Source of the DNA: Macrostomum lignano
Lineage: Eukaryota
DNA: 30,384 nucleotides
Assembly (NCBI GenBank): GCA_002269645.1
Contig: NIVC01004950.1
Coordinates: 1-30,384 of the forward strand
Direction: 5' to 3'
This document shows positions 10,573 to 21,132 of the stretch, piece by piece. How positions within the stretch are numbered: the stretch's first letter is position 1; each line of letters starts with the position of its first letter. Both the position numbers and the translations under genes were made by a program. A model generated the notes under the pieces. It was not told where the DNA came from. It searched no databases and was given only the letters and a program-made list of their open reading frames with translations.

Positions 10573-13500
10573 GCCCTATATCTATGCACGTGCGTCACGC
10601 TTCCTGAATTGCGAATCGATCTAGTTTTGCATCATCCAAATTTAAAACAAATATTTTTGTATATAACATAATATTTAATTTCTTAGTAGTTTTTTTTCGT
10701 TTTGCATGCCTTCAACGTTTTCTTGTGTGCTGTTTTTCAAGCGATGCGAATGATAAAAAAGTTGAAGACGAGAAAAATGGTCACAATTTTCCTTGAAAAA
10801 ACATTTCAATTTATTTATTAAGCTTCTTTTCAACCAAAACATAAGATGTTGTTTACTGTTTCCGGTGGCAGGTGGATCAACACAGGGGTTCGGATTTTTA
10901 ATTTATACTTATACGTAGCTCTTATTATTAACAAGTGAATCTGATAACAGTGTTAGTTGACAATGGGATAAGAAAAATCCGTCGGCAGAAATTTTTAGCA
11001 GAGGATTTAGATTATATTAATAACTGACAAGCTGAGTGCCCGCTTGCGTTTCAGACTTAGATAGCGAGAGCAGCGCTAATTGAACTTGCATCGGAATTCG
11101 ATTTTGGTTAGCTTAGCTTATAATCTGCGGGCGAGTAAACTTTAATTCACGATGGCAATAACTTATTTAACTGTTATAGTCTACATTAATAAATGTTGAG
11201 CTTCTTGAACTACTGCCTACTGAATGAGCGGGGCGACTACAGCTTTAAAAATTTTGAACTTTGCTGTGGAGAAAAGAAGAAATGGGGGTTTCAAAAAAGG
11301 GCAGAACAAACAAAAGTGGGAGAATAATTAGAAACAAATTTTGGAGAATCGGATCGGGAAACTGCAAGGAAAATATCGCGAACAGGAAAATATGAAATAT
11401 AGAAAAGCAGAAAACGGTGAAACAAGCAGAGAAACTGTTTTATAAGTTTGCTACGGATAGAGGCTTCACTGCAACAGATAGAAAAACTAATTACGGCATG
11501 CTAAATAAGAAAAAACTTAGGAAGCTTCAAACATAACAAATTATAAAGCTAAGAATAACGCATGAACTAGCTACTAATAGTAATATCTTATTGATTTTTT
11601 ACAAAGCAGGACCTACTGGCGCGGCTACAGAAGGATTAAGAATATCGGTGCAGTATATTGGATATTAAAGCACTGCTCTCTGAGCACTAGTAGAAGGGAC
11701 AGCTTTGAGCTACTATTTAAACAGAGCTCTAGTTAAAACTTGGGACACAGTATCTGATTTTTCAGGAGGGCTTGCTTTTATCGGTTATTTTTAAACCGCT
11801 ATTATTTAGCTTAAGATACTCTAGAAATTCATTCTATATAGTCTAGCAGATAGGAAAAACGTACAAAAAAGATATTCAAACACAGATTGCAGAACAAAAA
11901 AATTGGCTGGAGAAAACAGGAGGATGGGAAAAAAAATTGCTTGGGACAAGGTGCTAGCAAATAGAAACAAAAATACAAGTGTATATGCATAGAGACTACT
12001 CAGAAAGTAATATTGTGAGCACGGCCTAGTAGTTTTGCACAGAAAATAATAAAGAAACCAAAAAAAAGAGCAAAACAAAGCGGGGCAGGAGAGGGCCAGA
12101 GACGCGAAGTCCGATTAGGAAAATTACCGACAAATAATAAAAGTCCTTGCACAGCAAACAGGAGAACGCAGAGAGAGAGAGAGAGTTCCGGAACACTTTT
12201 TTTAGGAGGCAGGAAGATCGAGTTGGCAAAAGCAATGCGAGATTTGCCTGTCTAGCAAAACAGATTTATTTAAATAACTTCTGCTTTTGAAATAACTGGT
12301 ATTGAACTTGGTCAGCACACGGAAGCAGAGATTGTTTTAAAAAACGGCAATGATAACTCGGTTGCGTTGGATATGTGCCAGAATTGTTTTTGCTTTCATT
12401 GAGGTGCGCGCGACAGAAAATTATACGACAAGCGGGCCTTTCCGATTCATAAGGTAAAGAGAAGAGGCAGGTGATAATATTTGTAAGTACAGTATAGCCT
12501 TTTGTTATGGATAATATTTTGGTTAATTCTACTTTATGCTCGAAGTAAGTGGACTTGACGTTATTTTATTAATAAGCTTTAGTAATTTATAATTTCAGCA
12601 AACAGAAGCATTAATTTATACAAATATATAGTTACGTAAAACACAAGACTTCGTATAAAAAAAGGCAGAAAACTATTCGTGACCAAGAAGAGTCTGTAAG
12701 AAATAAAATATATAATTCAATACAAAATACAATGCTTTTCTTAAGTTTCACATTTAAGTATTTTTAAACCTATTTGTCTTAGCACACGTTCTCAACACCA
12801 GCCTGCAAGTGTAAAAGGCTGGGGGCCGTTAATCGGATCGGGCCCCAGAACACTTGCCAAAAAATGAAAAAAAAACTTGAAAAAAAAGATACAAAAGACA
12901 CGAAGAAACAAGTTGACATTGTATTTGGCCAGCGGAGCCGGTGCAACGGGCCAGGGTCTGCTGGCTGAGCAAGCTGGATTTTTGCCGAATGGCGCCGAGT
13001 CAAACGCCTGTGCTACGAGCTGACTGCAACTGCTGAGGGGCAAAACCACAGGGGGCGGGTGCTGACACAGCCAGCCATCACAATAGAACCTATGGAAGCA
13101 CAGAAAAGGGACCAAAGAATGCCTGTTGATATAGTTAGCATACCTAAGTGCTAGAGGGATAGATGGATAGAGGGACATTTGGTGTCAGTTATCAATCAGC
13201 CAGCTGCACAAGGACTCGCCCAGTTAAAACTGTCCATTCGGCAAAAAGACAACAAAGAAAAGAGAAAAAACCCACAAAATTCACCCCAGCCCTAGCCGGA
13301 CGCATCACCAGTTCGCTGTGTGTGTTATTTAGGGAAAAAAATCCCTGAAAGTCGCTCGATAGACGAAAAATGCACAAAAAACGCGCAAACACACGCTCGG
13401 CCCTGGCGCGTTCGAGTCGCAATCGGCCAAGGAGCCTCTTTGCCGTAAAAAAATTGCTACTAACAACAACAAAACGCTCCGAATATCTCCGTCTCTACGC

Positions 13501-13955
13501 GACACAAAGCAAACTCCTGGCACAAATTAGTTTCTTTATAAAATATATAAATAAAAATAAGCAGCTTAACAAAGGCTCGAGAAAGTAAAACAAAGCAAAA
13601 CAATGAATATAAATATTTAAGTATTCATTCCCACAACTGTTAACAACGAATCTAGCAATCCAATATTGGACGCACACGGGGAGCTTTTCGTTGATCTTCA
13701 ACCAATCAATTAAAACAAAATTTCTATAATTAATAACTATTTTTTGTTGCAACGCAAGCGCAGGCGGAGGGTTCGTTCGCACCAAAGAAATCAAAGAAAT
13801 TCAGCAATAATAAAATTTTAAATTTGTCATTTCTTCTTCTGTCGCTGCCTCGCGTCAAATTTCATCTGTCAAATTGAAAAATGTGGCAATAAAAGATTCT
13901 GTTTAAATGATAGCATTTATAGCAATACAGCAACTACTGACAAATATGCTTACCC

Positions 13956-15141
13956 TTAGGCAGGGACGGGCGGACTAGCCTGCTGTTTCGCGTCGCCGCT
14001 GCTTCCAGGCAGACCGGCGTGGCCGTTCGCAACAGCAGGGACCAGCAGCGGTGCGAGGCTGCTGCTGCTGCTGCTGCTGTTGCCTTGGAGGCGGCGGCCC
14101 CCGAGGAGGAGGCGGTGGTTGATAGCTGGGCATTGGCGGCATAGCGGCATGGGCTGGCATGTAGTCGGCCCGCGGCGCCGGGTAAGGAGCCAGCCTTGGC
14201 GGCATGACAGGCGGCATAGGCGGATAGCTATGCATAGCCGGGGCTGGCATCGGATAGGCTAGCGACGCGGCCAGCTGCTGCTGGTGCAGAACCTGAGCCT
14301 GGCTAATAAGTGCCCGTATTTTAGTCAGAGCCAGCTGAGTGCAGTCGAAGTTGCCGTAAATCTCCAGACTCTGATCCCGCTCCTCGGGCATATCGGGCTC
14401 GTCTGGTAAATTTATAATGCAGCCAGATGTGGCCTGCAGGTTGCGCACAGTCTTGCCCTGCTTGCCAATGATACGGCCGATCCACTTTTGGGCACGCGCA
14501 GCACCGTCCACAGGCGCAAATCTCGTTCGGACACGTCCGGCGTCTCCTGCTGCTTGACCGAGGCGCGAACTCGTTGAAAGATTTGCCACTGGGCTCGGCA
14601 CTGGTTGCCAGGCGGGCCGCGGATCGTCACGAGTCTTTGCGGCAGCTCGCCGTCGCGTTTCGATCGACGTTCACCTTGCTAACGTTCACGTAGGTCTTTG
14701 TGTCCTCCATGATTTTCTTAATCGAAACGCCGTCGGATCCGATAACGGCGCCGGCGCTGGCGTGCGGGATTCGCATGTACACGGCCTCGTCCAATCGGAT
14801 CTCTTCTACAGCAGCCTGCGGCGGGGGCGGCGCAGGTGCAAACATGGCCGGGCCGGCCGGCGCCATTGGCATCATGCCAACCATGCCCAGATGGCCTCCG
14901 TGATGCTGCTGCTGGTGATGATGCGCCGGCAGCGGCTGCGGCGGCGGAGGAGGTGGTTGCGTTGGCGCCTGCATAGCGGCGGCGCCGTATTGGGCTGCGG
15001 CAGCGGCCGAAGGCGACGGCAAAGGCGCAAACGTGGCAGCCGTAGGATTGGCGGGCATGCCGAGGCGAAATCCGGCAGCAGAGTAGCCGGGCAGCGGAGC
15101 CCCAGGGGCCGGCAGCATGCCTGGCACGGGAGCCGGATAGC
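13956..15141 (-). CDS. IGF2BP: IGF2BP/Imp large 3' exon (low-complexity linker, KH3, KH4, P/Q/Y-rich tail), interrupted by frameshifts near 14659 and 14487 and possibly 14058
   Basis: TTATTTGTAG|GC acceptor. KH3 (VYMRIPHASAGAVIGSDGVSIKKIM...RLVTIRGPPGNQCRAQWQIF) and KH4 (LRVP.KWIGRIIGKQGKTVRNLQ...QSLEIYGNFDCTQLALTKIRALISQ) are spread over three frames (ORFs 14627-15166, 14412-14630, 13975-14601). The true stop is uncertain (13975, 13956, or after an intron). Confidence 0.8.
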
Positions 15142-15236
15142 CTACAAATAAGTTATATTCAGCCATATTAGAGACAGGCTACTCAAAGTAGGATAGCACA
15201 GGATTATAAAATTATCAATCTATAATCAAAACTTAC

Positions 15237-15447
15237 CAAATTCGGCAGGCTGATAGGGAGCCGGGTAGCCCTGGCTAACGGAGGGCGCATAGCTGTACTG
15301 TTGCATATCGATGTGTGACACTGGCGCAGCTTCTCAGATAGGAACTTCTCAGCCTGGCACATGCCTTCTAAGCTGCCCTTTACCGTGATGATTCGGTCAA
15401 GACTGAATGTTGGAGAACTCGAATCGTAGGTGGTTATGGTGGGCGAG
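15237..15447 (-). CDS. IGF2BP: IGF2BP/Imp exon (KH2 second half, DRIITVKGSLEGMCQAEKFLSEKLRQ; probable 1-nt deletion near 15310)
   Basis: ATTTTCAG| acceptor, |GTAAGT donor at 15236. Matches ERTITVKG...KLRQSYEND. After LRQCH the shifted frame reads DMQQYSYAPSVSQGYPAPYQPAEF and fits the phase-1 acceptor at 15142. Confidence 0.8.
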
Positions 15448-15497
15448 CTGAAAATTTTGCGAGAAAACGTTTTTGTCAAGGAGGCGCTTATTCAAAT

Positions 15498-15993
15498 CAA
15501 GGGAGGCAATGGGTCAAAGTAACAGACAAGGGGGGGGTCAAGGGGAGAGCCAAGGGGGGTCAAGGGGAGAGCCAAGGGGGTCAAGGGGAGAGCCAAGGGG
15601 GTCAAGGGGAGAGCCAAGGAAGTCAATGGGCCACACAAGGGGGTCAACGAGACAGACAAAAGGGGTCAAGGGAAGAGACAAGGGGTTCAAAGGGACAGAG
15701 AAGAGGGGTCAAGGTAAGGGACAAGGGGGTTCAACGGGACAGACAAGGGGTCAAGGAGAAAGACAAGGGGTCAAGGGGAAGACAAGGGGTCAACAGGAAA
15801 GACAAGGGTTTAAGAGGAGAGACAAGGGGGTCGAGGGAAAGACAAGGGGTCAACGGGACAGGCAAAGGTCAATGGGGACAAGGAGGTCAAGGGGTCAAGG
15901 GACAAACAAGGGGCTCAAGGGAGAGACAAGAGGGAAAGGCTAAAGGGCAAAAAGCAGCAAGGGGTTAAAGGCAAAAAGAGACAATGGGGGAGA
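15498..15993. repeat. Degenerate G-rich tandem repeat of about 20 bp (AAGGGGTCAAGGGGAGAG...) filling an IGF2BP intron
   Basis: Repeated AAGGGG(G)TCAA / GACAAGGGG motifs between the 16031 donor and the 15448 acceptor. Confidence 0.88.
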
Positions 15994-16030
15994 GTAGACG
16001 GTTATGAATTGATGTAAACAAACTGCATAC

Positions 16031-16147
16031 TTGGACAACTGTATGCTTGTCTTAGACTTTTCGCGAATCGTATTCAAATTTTTGCCATCCTTGCCAATAA
16101 TCCGTCCGCAGAAACGGTCCTCCGCCAGAATGCCAAGATCGGGCTCC
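16031..16147 (-). CDS. IGF2BP: IGF2BP/Imp exon (KH2 first half: EPDLGILAEDRFCGRIIGKDGKNLNTIREKSKTSIQLS)
   Basis: GATTGCAG| acceptor, AA|GTATGC donor, 117 nt, phase 2-2. Matches IGF2BP [24 protein letters not shown]. Not in the ORF track (too short). Confidence 0.87.
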
Positions 16148-16316
16148 CTGCAATCAGTGGAATAGGACGAGATATTTTACTTTCAAAACAACAAATAGTG
16201 CATGGGAAGGGGTTGACAGCAGAGTCTGGAAATGTCAAGCCTCTGAAGCCGGTGTTAAGCCCCACTGGAGGGGGGGGGGGTTTAAACGCACACATATCTA
16301 GACAGACAGGACTTAC

Positions 16317-16411
16317 TCTTTGCCCTTCTCCTTGGCCTCGCCAATGCAGATGGACATGATCTCGCGGCAGGCGTCGGAGCAGGACTCCGGCGAGCCGTAC
16401 ACGAAGACAAT
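16317..16411 (-). CDS. IGF2BP: IGF2BP/Imp exon (end of KH1: IVFVYGSPESCSDACREIMSICIGEAKEKGK)
   Basis: TTTTATGCACAG| acceptor, GA|GTAAGT donor, 95 nt, phase 0 to 2. Matches IGF2BP [21 protein letters not shown]. Confidence 0.85.
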
Positions 16412-16636
16412 CTGTGCATAAAATTAGCGATTCTTCGTTCAAAAATCGGGAAAAAACTACACAAAAACACATGTCGGCTAAATATAGTATGGACCGCCCA
16501 CGAGAAGAGCATTGGAATTTTGAATTGCTTTCATTGATAGAAAGGGCCAACAGTCTAATCATATTCATTATTAATGAAAGTGGATTTACATGACGACAGA
16601 ATCAAAGAGATCTAAGATTATTTTTCCCCGACTAAC

Positions 16637-16702
16637 CTGAAGTCTTTCGCTCAAAGCCGTTGCTTCAGTCGCGTCTCCCTTCTCTGGACTACGCGGCGAG
16701 CT
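16637..16702 (-). CDS. IGF2BP: IGF2BP/Imp candidate 66-nt exon (SSPRSPEKGDATEATALSERLQ) in the KH1 variable loop
   Basis: TTTTTTGCAG| acceptor and CAG|GTTAGT donor, 22 codons, phase 0-0, no stop. It can be included or skipped without a frameshift. Confidence 0.62.
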
Positions 16703-17576
16703 CTGCAAAAAATGATAGTATTGCAAATATGGAATGTTTGAAAAAATTGCAATAATAGGAGGGAAGCAGGTGCGCGAAATTAAAAATCCCTTTGAAGTCC
16801 GATTTCGTCTTGAGAACAATGCTTTGTAGCCTAGCTGAATGGCCGAGGGAAATGGTGTCTAAATGAGGAAGTTCCTCGGGATCTTGTAAGCATTAAACAA
16901 TGCGGGACCTTGACGATTTTTTCGCGACCATTTTTTTACTCTAAAACTCACGTCATGCACCTGTGACTCAACAGTCGCCTCTTCGTCACATGGTCTGTCA
17001 AAAAATCACCAAAGAGTCTCCTCAGAAGAGTCGCTTGAGTCACTAGTGAGTTGTTTGCAATGGCTCTTTAGCGTTTCTTGTCACGGTAACGTTTTCAACG
17101 GGATACACAAACATAGAGTATGGAACTTTTCATTTGTACATATTAAATGTCTAAGATAATTTGTTTTTTTGTCTCTGTCTGCCTGCCAAGGTATAAGACA
17201 AAATAGCTGTCTTAGTAAGTGCATCAGCTTCTGTCTCAGTAAATTCTTTATGGTCTGTCATAAGGGTTCGTCTTTGTGTCAGTGTAATTTTTAGCCATTC
17301 TGTAAACTTATGCACGTAGCGTTTTACACAATAATAAATTTCTAAATAAAATATTACTTTCAGAATGTATTCAAGCTCAGTGTGCTATCATCAAATATGC
17401 TAATTTTCTAAACTATGACTGCCCGCTAAAGGGGGCTAAGACAACTAGTCCCCACATACCAAATGTTTGTAATGCTCTATTAATTGAATCCATAGACCGA
17501 TGCAAATATTTAAAAATATATATTATTAATACGAAAGAAGACAGTAGGTAAGATGTATACTTTAGCAACCACTGAC

Positions 17577-18227
17577 CTTCTTAGGCTGGGCATTCTTCTG
17601 CACGACTTCACGTTTAACGTCAACTCGCGCTTTAGTCTTATTAGTAATCTCCTTGATTGTTTCACCGCCTTTGCCAATAATGGCGCCAACCAGATCGCTA
17701 TTGATTAATATGCGCAGAGGATAATTCTCCCTAAGCGGCAGGCTGGTGGCCGGCGGAGCGCTCCGCCTCTGCTGATTAAGGCGGCGCTGGTTAGCCGAAT
17801 CATTATTGAGAATCAGCTTCTGGCCCTGGAATTCCACATTGTTCAGCTCGGCCACCGCCCGATTGGCCGAATCGACGCAGTCCATGGAGACGACTAGCAC
17901 GCCTTCCTGATAATTGTGCGGCTCGATCTTCGCCACGTCGCCGTATTTGCCAAACATCTCCGCCAGGTCTTTGTCATTGTGCTTGCCGCTGGCGCCCATG
18001 ACGCGAACCCGTTGACTCTTTTTAATCCCGCCGCTAGTTGCTAGCCCGTTCAGCTTGGCTGGGGCGGCGATGGTGGCAGAAGTGTCAGCGTCGCCAACTG
18101 ACGCGTCGGAATTGTTGTTAACAGAGTTTGCCGGTTCGACAATCGTCTGTGCATCTTCAGCGACTGGCTGATGTTGGCCATCGGCGGCGGCATTGCCAGC
18201 CGGTGCTATTTCCTGCTCGCTGGACAT
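17577..18227 (-). CDS. IGF2BP: IGF2BP/Imp-family RNA-binding protein, exon 1 (RRM and first part of KH1)
   Basis: ATG at 18227. RRM-like segment RVRVMG...MFGKYGDV...ANRAVAELNNVEFQGQKL, then YPLRILINSDLVGAIIGKGGETIKEITNKTKARVDV, matching IGF2BP KH1. Donor AAG|GTCAGT at 17576, phase 0. Confidence 0.88.
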
Positions 18228-18243
18228 GATGGATTAAGTCCCA

Positions 18244-18330
18244 ACTGACCATGAGCGGCACAGCAAGGCTTCATTAGTACAAAAATAACAAATAACAAAT
18301 AACAAAAGATGTACTCCCAAACCGCTACAA
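18244..18330 (-). promoter_or_regulatory. 3' splice-site signal just upstream of the IGF2BP ATG (U-rich tract, TACTAAT branch point, CAG at 18246-18245)
   Basis: Minus strand reads TTTTGTTATTTGTTATTTGTTATTTTTGTACTAATG...GGTCAG|TTGGGACTTAATCCATCATG, with the branch A about 28 nt from the AG. Confidence 0.5.
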
Positions 18331-20125
18331 TTGCACAAAGCATGCTGGCTGTGTACAGATTGTAGACTGCTGAGACTGTTGGGAAGTCATACTACCCACC
18401 ATGCACTGACCAAAGAGTCTGGCAAAAAGAGTAACTTCATGCTATAAACTTATATAGCAAATATACTATAAATTATTTTATCGATCAGTCCTCGTCGACT
18501 TATCTTAAAATGTGGCTCTTTTCATATATTAAACACATTCACAACTCTCTAACAACTCAAGCAATGATGCCCTTAACTGTTAATTAAAAAAACTGAAAAG
18601 CATACAAAATCCATGTGAATAGATATTTTTACTGAATCTTGAACGTAGAGTTTCTTTAGGCTTTGACCAAAGAGCCTGAACTGAAAATCTAGAAAGCTTA
18701 GAAAATCTAATAAACACACCAGTCAATGCCAGTTAATACAGATGAAAAAATTATTAGTCTATTGCTTTAATGTTTGGCTACTAAAGAAAAATTTCTAAAC
18801 CAATTTCAAGATTGAATCTATATACAAAAAAAGCTTAAGTTTTCTAACATCACAATCCCAGTGCCATTTGGCATCCTGATTCCAAACTCAATATGTTAAA
18901 TTGATTATAAAAATGCTTTAGCTACCATTGTAAAAAATTCTATAATAAAATATCAATGAAATATCAATATCTACTCTATCTTTAGATTGTTATATAAGCC
19001 TTTCTGAACCAAAGAATTTATAGAAGTTGATAAATTCTACTTTTATTATCTATTACAATACTAAAAGTGTTTGTTTTGGACTAAGAAACAAGAAATATTT
19101 GTTATAGATATAAAGATTCTTTATTAGGGATATTTAAACAATAGATATAGCTTTATATAACTTTTAATTGAATCCAAAATGGCAATAGTTTTATTAGTTA
19201 CTATAATATAATGATGATATAAAAGATAATGGAAATAGTTAAAACTTGTCATTTATTAATAGGCATTTATCCTAAATTTAGCTAATATTGCCCAAACCAC
19301 ACAATATATATATGACATTGAAAATCTGTTTTTAAGTCCTTGACAATAGACTTTAAAGCCCCTAGTTTATTTAGAGTAAAATCATTATCTTAAATTTATA
19401 TTCTTGCCTTTATTGCCCTAACCTAGCATAAAAAAGCTCTATTGCTTAAGTCTCCAACCCAAGACTTATTATTAACAATTTACTTATTTGAAAAAAAACA
19501 AGTGGCTATCAAGAATTATTTTTAGACATATGCCTTTCAAAAAGCATTTTCTATTATATTGCCTTCCTTCAAATGTCTACAGATTTGTTTTACTATTTTA
19601 TCCTAAATTTTTTAATGTTGCAAAATATTTTATACATATGAAGTATATAACAATTAGCTGTTCATAGGCATCATAGGCACCTATTCATATTCATAGGCAT
19701 CACTTTTTATAGGAAGTAGACAAATGCTATTACCAAAGTGGACATATTTTGTTACAGAAGTAGATACCCATTTTGTTATTGAAATAGACACACTTTGTTA
19801 CCAAATAGTCAAATAAATAATCAAAGTTATTGCATTTAAAAACAAAGCCACTGAGTACTATATTAATAGTAAAGAAATAAATATCAATATTCTTTTTAGG
19901 GATTCATGAAAAAAAATTATACAAAAACCCATAAAAAGCTTGCCATAAAAATTCAAGTGCCAAAAAATAAAAGCACATATTAACAGTAGGAATACCAAGC
20001 CATTTTTCTACCCGTTGAACTACCAAGAGGGGGGAAAAATTCTCTCCCCCTCCCCTGACAATTTTTTTTGCTGTGCCAGCAACACAGGCACACGAAAAAG
20101 GCACACAAAATTCAAGAACACGGGC

Positions 20126-21132
20126 TAACTTTTTGTTGCGTACCTTCTCAAACAAGAATCAAGTCACCAGCCCTTTGGACCATCGAGATATTCAATGATT
20201 CTGCCAGGTCAGATTTTTCCCATAAGTGCTAGTGTATTCAGTACACCCCTGTGCGCCAATTAGCACTGCGCCTTAGTGCAGCCTTGCCAAGTCTCCAAAT
20301 TTCATCAGCATGTCAAACACATGTGTCTGCATCAGTTCTGACTTTGTTGGTCACTAGTCTTCACCCAAGTGGAGCTTCTGGACCCTCAATAGCTGTGGCT
20401 GTTGCCACCTGTTGAAGGTGCCGACGGCATCGGGGTGATGGCTAAATGCTTGACTGATTAGCTGAGGATGTCCAGCAGTTGAGGTTTGCCCATTATTGAA
20501 GCTTGATAAGAAAAACCTAACATTTTTGCAACAGGATGTCCATAGTCACCTGGTGTAATCTGTTGAAGGAGCCGATGGCGTCGGGATGATGACGGAATGC
20601 TTGAGAAACTAGCTGAGAATGTCTGGCAGTTGATTCTTGCCCACTTTCGAGGCTCGATCAGCGAAACTAGAGAAATTCTTATCAGGCTGTCTATAGTCAC
20701 CTGGTGTAATCTGTTGAAAGAGCCGATGGCATCAGGATAATGACGGAATGCTTGAGAGACTAACTGAGAATATTTGGCGGTTGATTCTTGCCCACTATCG
20801 AGGCTTGATTGATGAAACTAGAGAAATCCACATCAGTGTGTCCATAGTCACCTGGTGCCACAGCTGTTGAGGGTCCAGAAGCTCCACTTGGGTGAAGGCT
20901 AGTTACCAACAAAGTCAGAACTGATGCAAACACGTGTTCGACATGCTGATGAAATTTGGAGACTTGGCAAGGCTGCACTGAGGTGCAGTGCTAATTGGCG
21001 CACAGGGATGTACTGAATACACTATCACTTAGGGGAAAAATCTAACCTTCTGGCAGAATCAACGAATATCTCGACAGTCCAAAGGGCTAGCGACTTGATT
21101 CTTGTTTGAAAAGGTGCGCAACACAATGTTAA
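20126..21132. mobile_element. Foldback-type non-autonomous element: about 275-bp inverted arms (20126-20399 / 20857-21132) around three direct repeats of about 151 bp
   Basis: The left arm (e.g. CAAACAAGAATCAAGTC...GGAGCTTCTGGACCCTCAATAGCTGTGGC) is the reverse complement of the right arm with scattered substitutions. Inner units start CTGTTGAA(G/A)G at about 20409, 20560 and 20711. No transposase ORF. Confidence 0.75.

Noticed and set aside
14480-14665. Programmed -1 ribosomal frameshifting in IGF2BP KH3/KH4
   Set aside because: No X XXY YYZ slippery heptamer in the right phase. Several independent shifts in short A runs are better explained by sequencing error or decay.
15179-15236. 58-nt intron model (GAGTAG acceptor) that avoids the first IGF2BP frameshift
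   Set aside because: Formally possible, but it yields a peptide with no Imp similarity. The shifted frame restores the D(M/L)Q motif and uses a better acceptor at 15142. Kept as a less likely alternative.
15473-15943. 156-aa G/Q/R/K-rich plus-strand ORF
   Set aside because: Derived from the intronic G-rich repeat, antisense to IGF2BP, and starts at a non-ATG codon.
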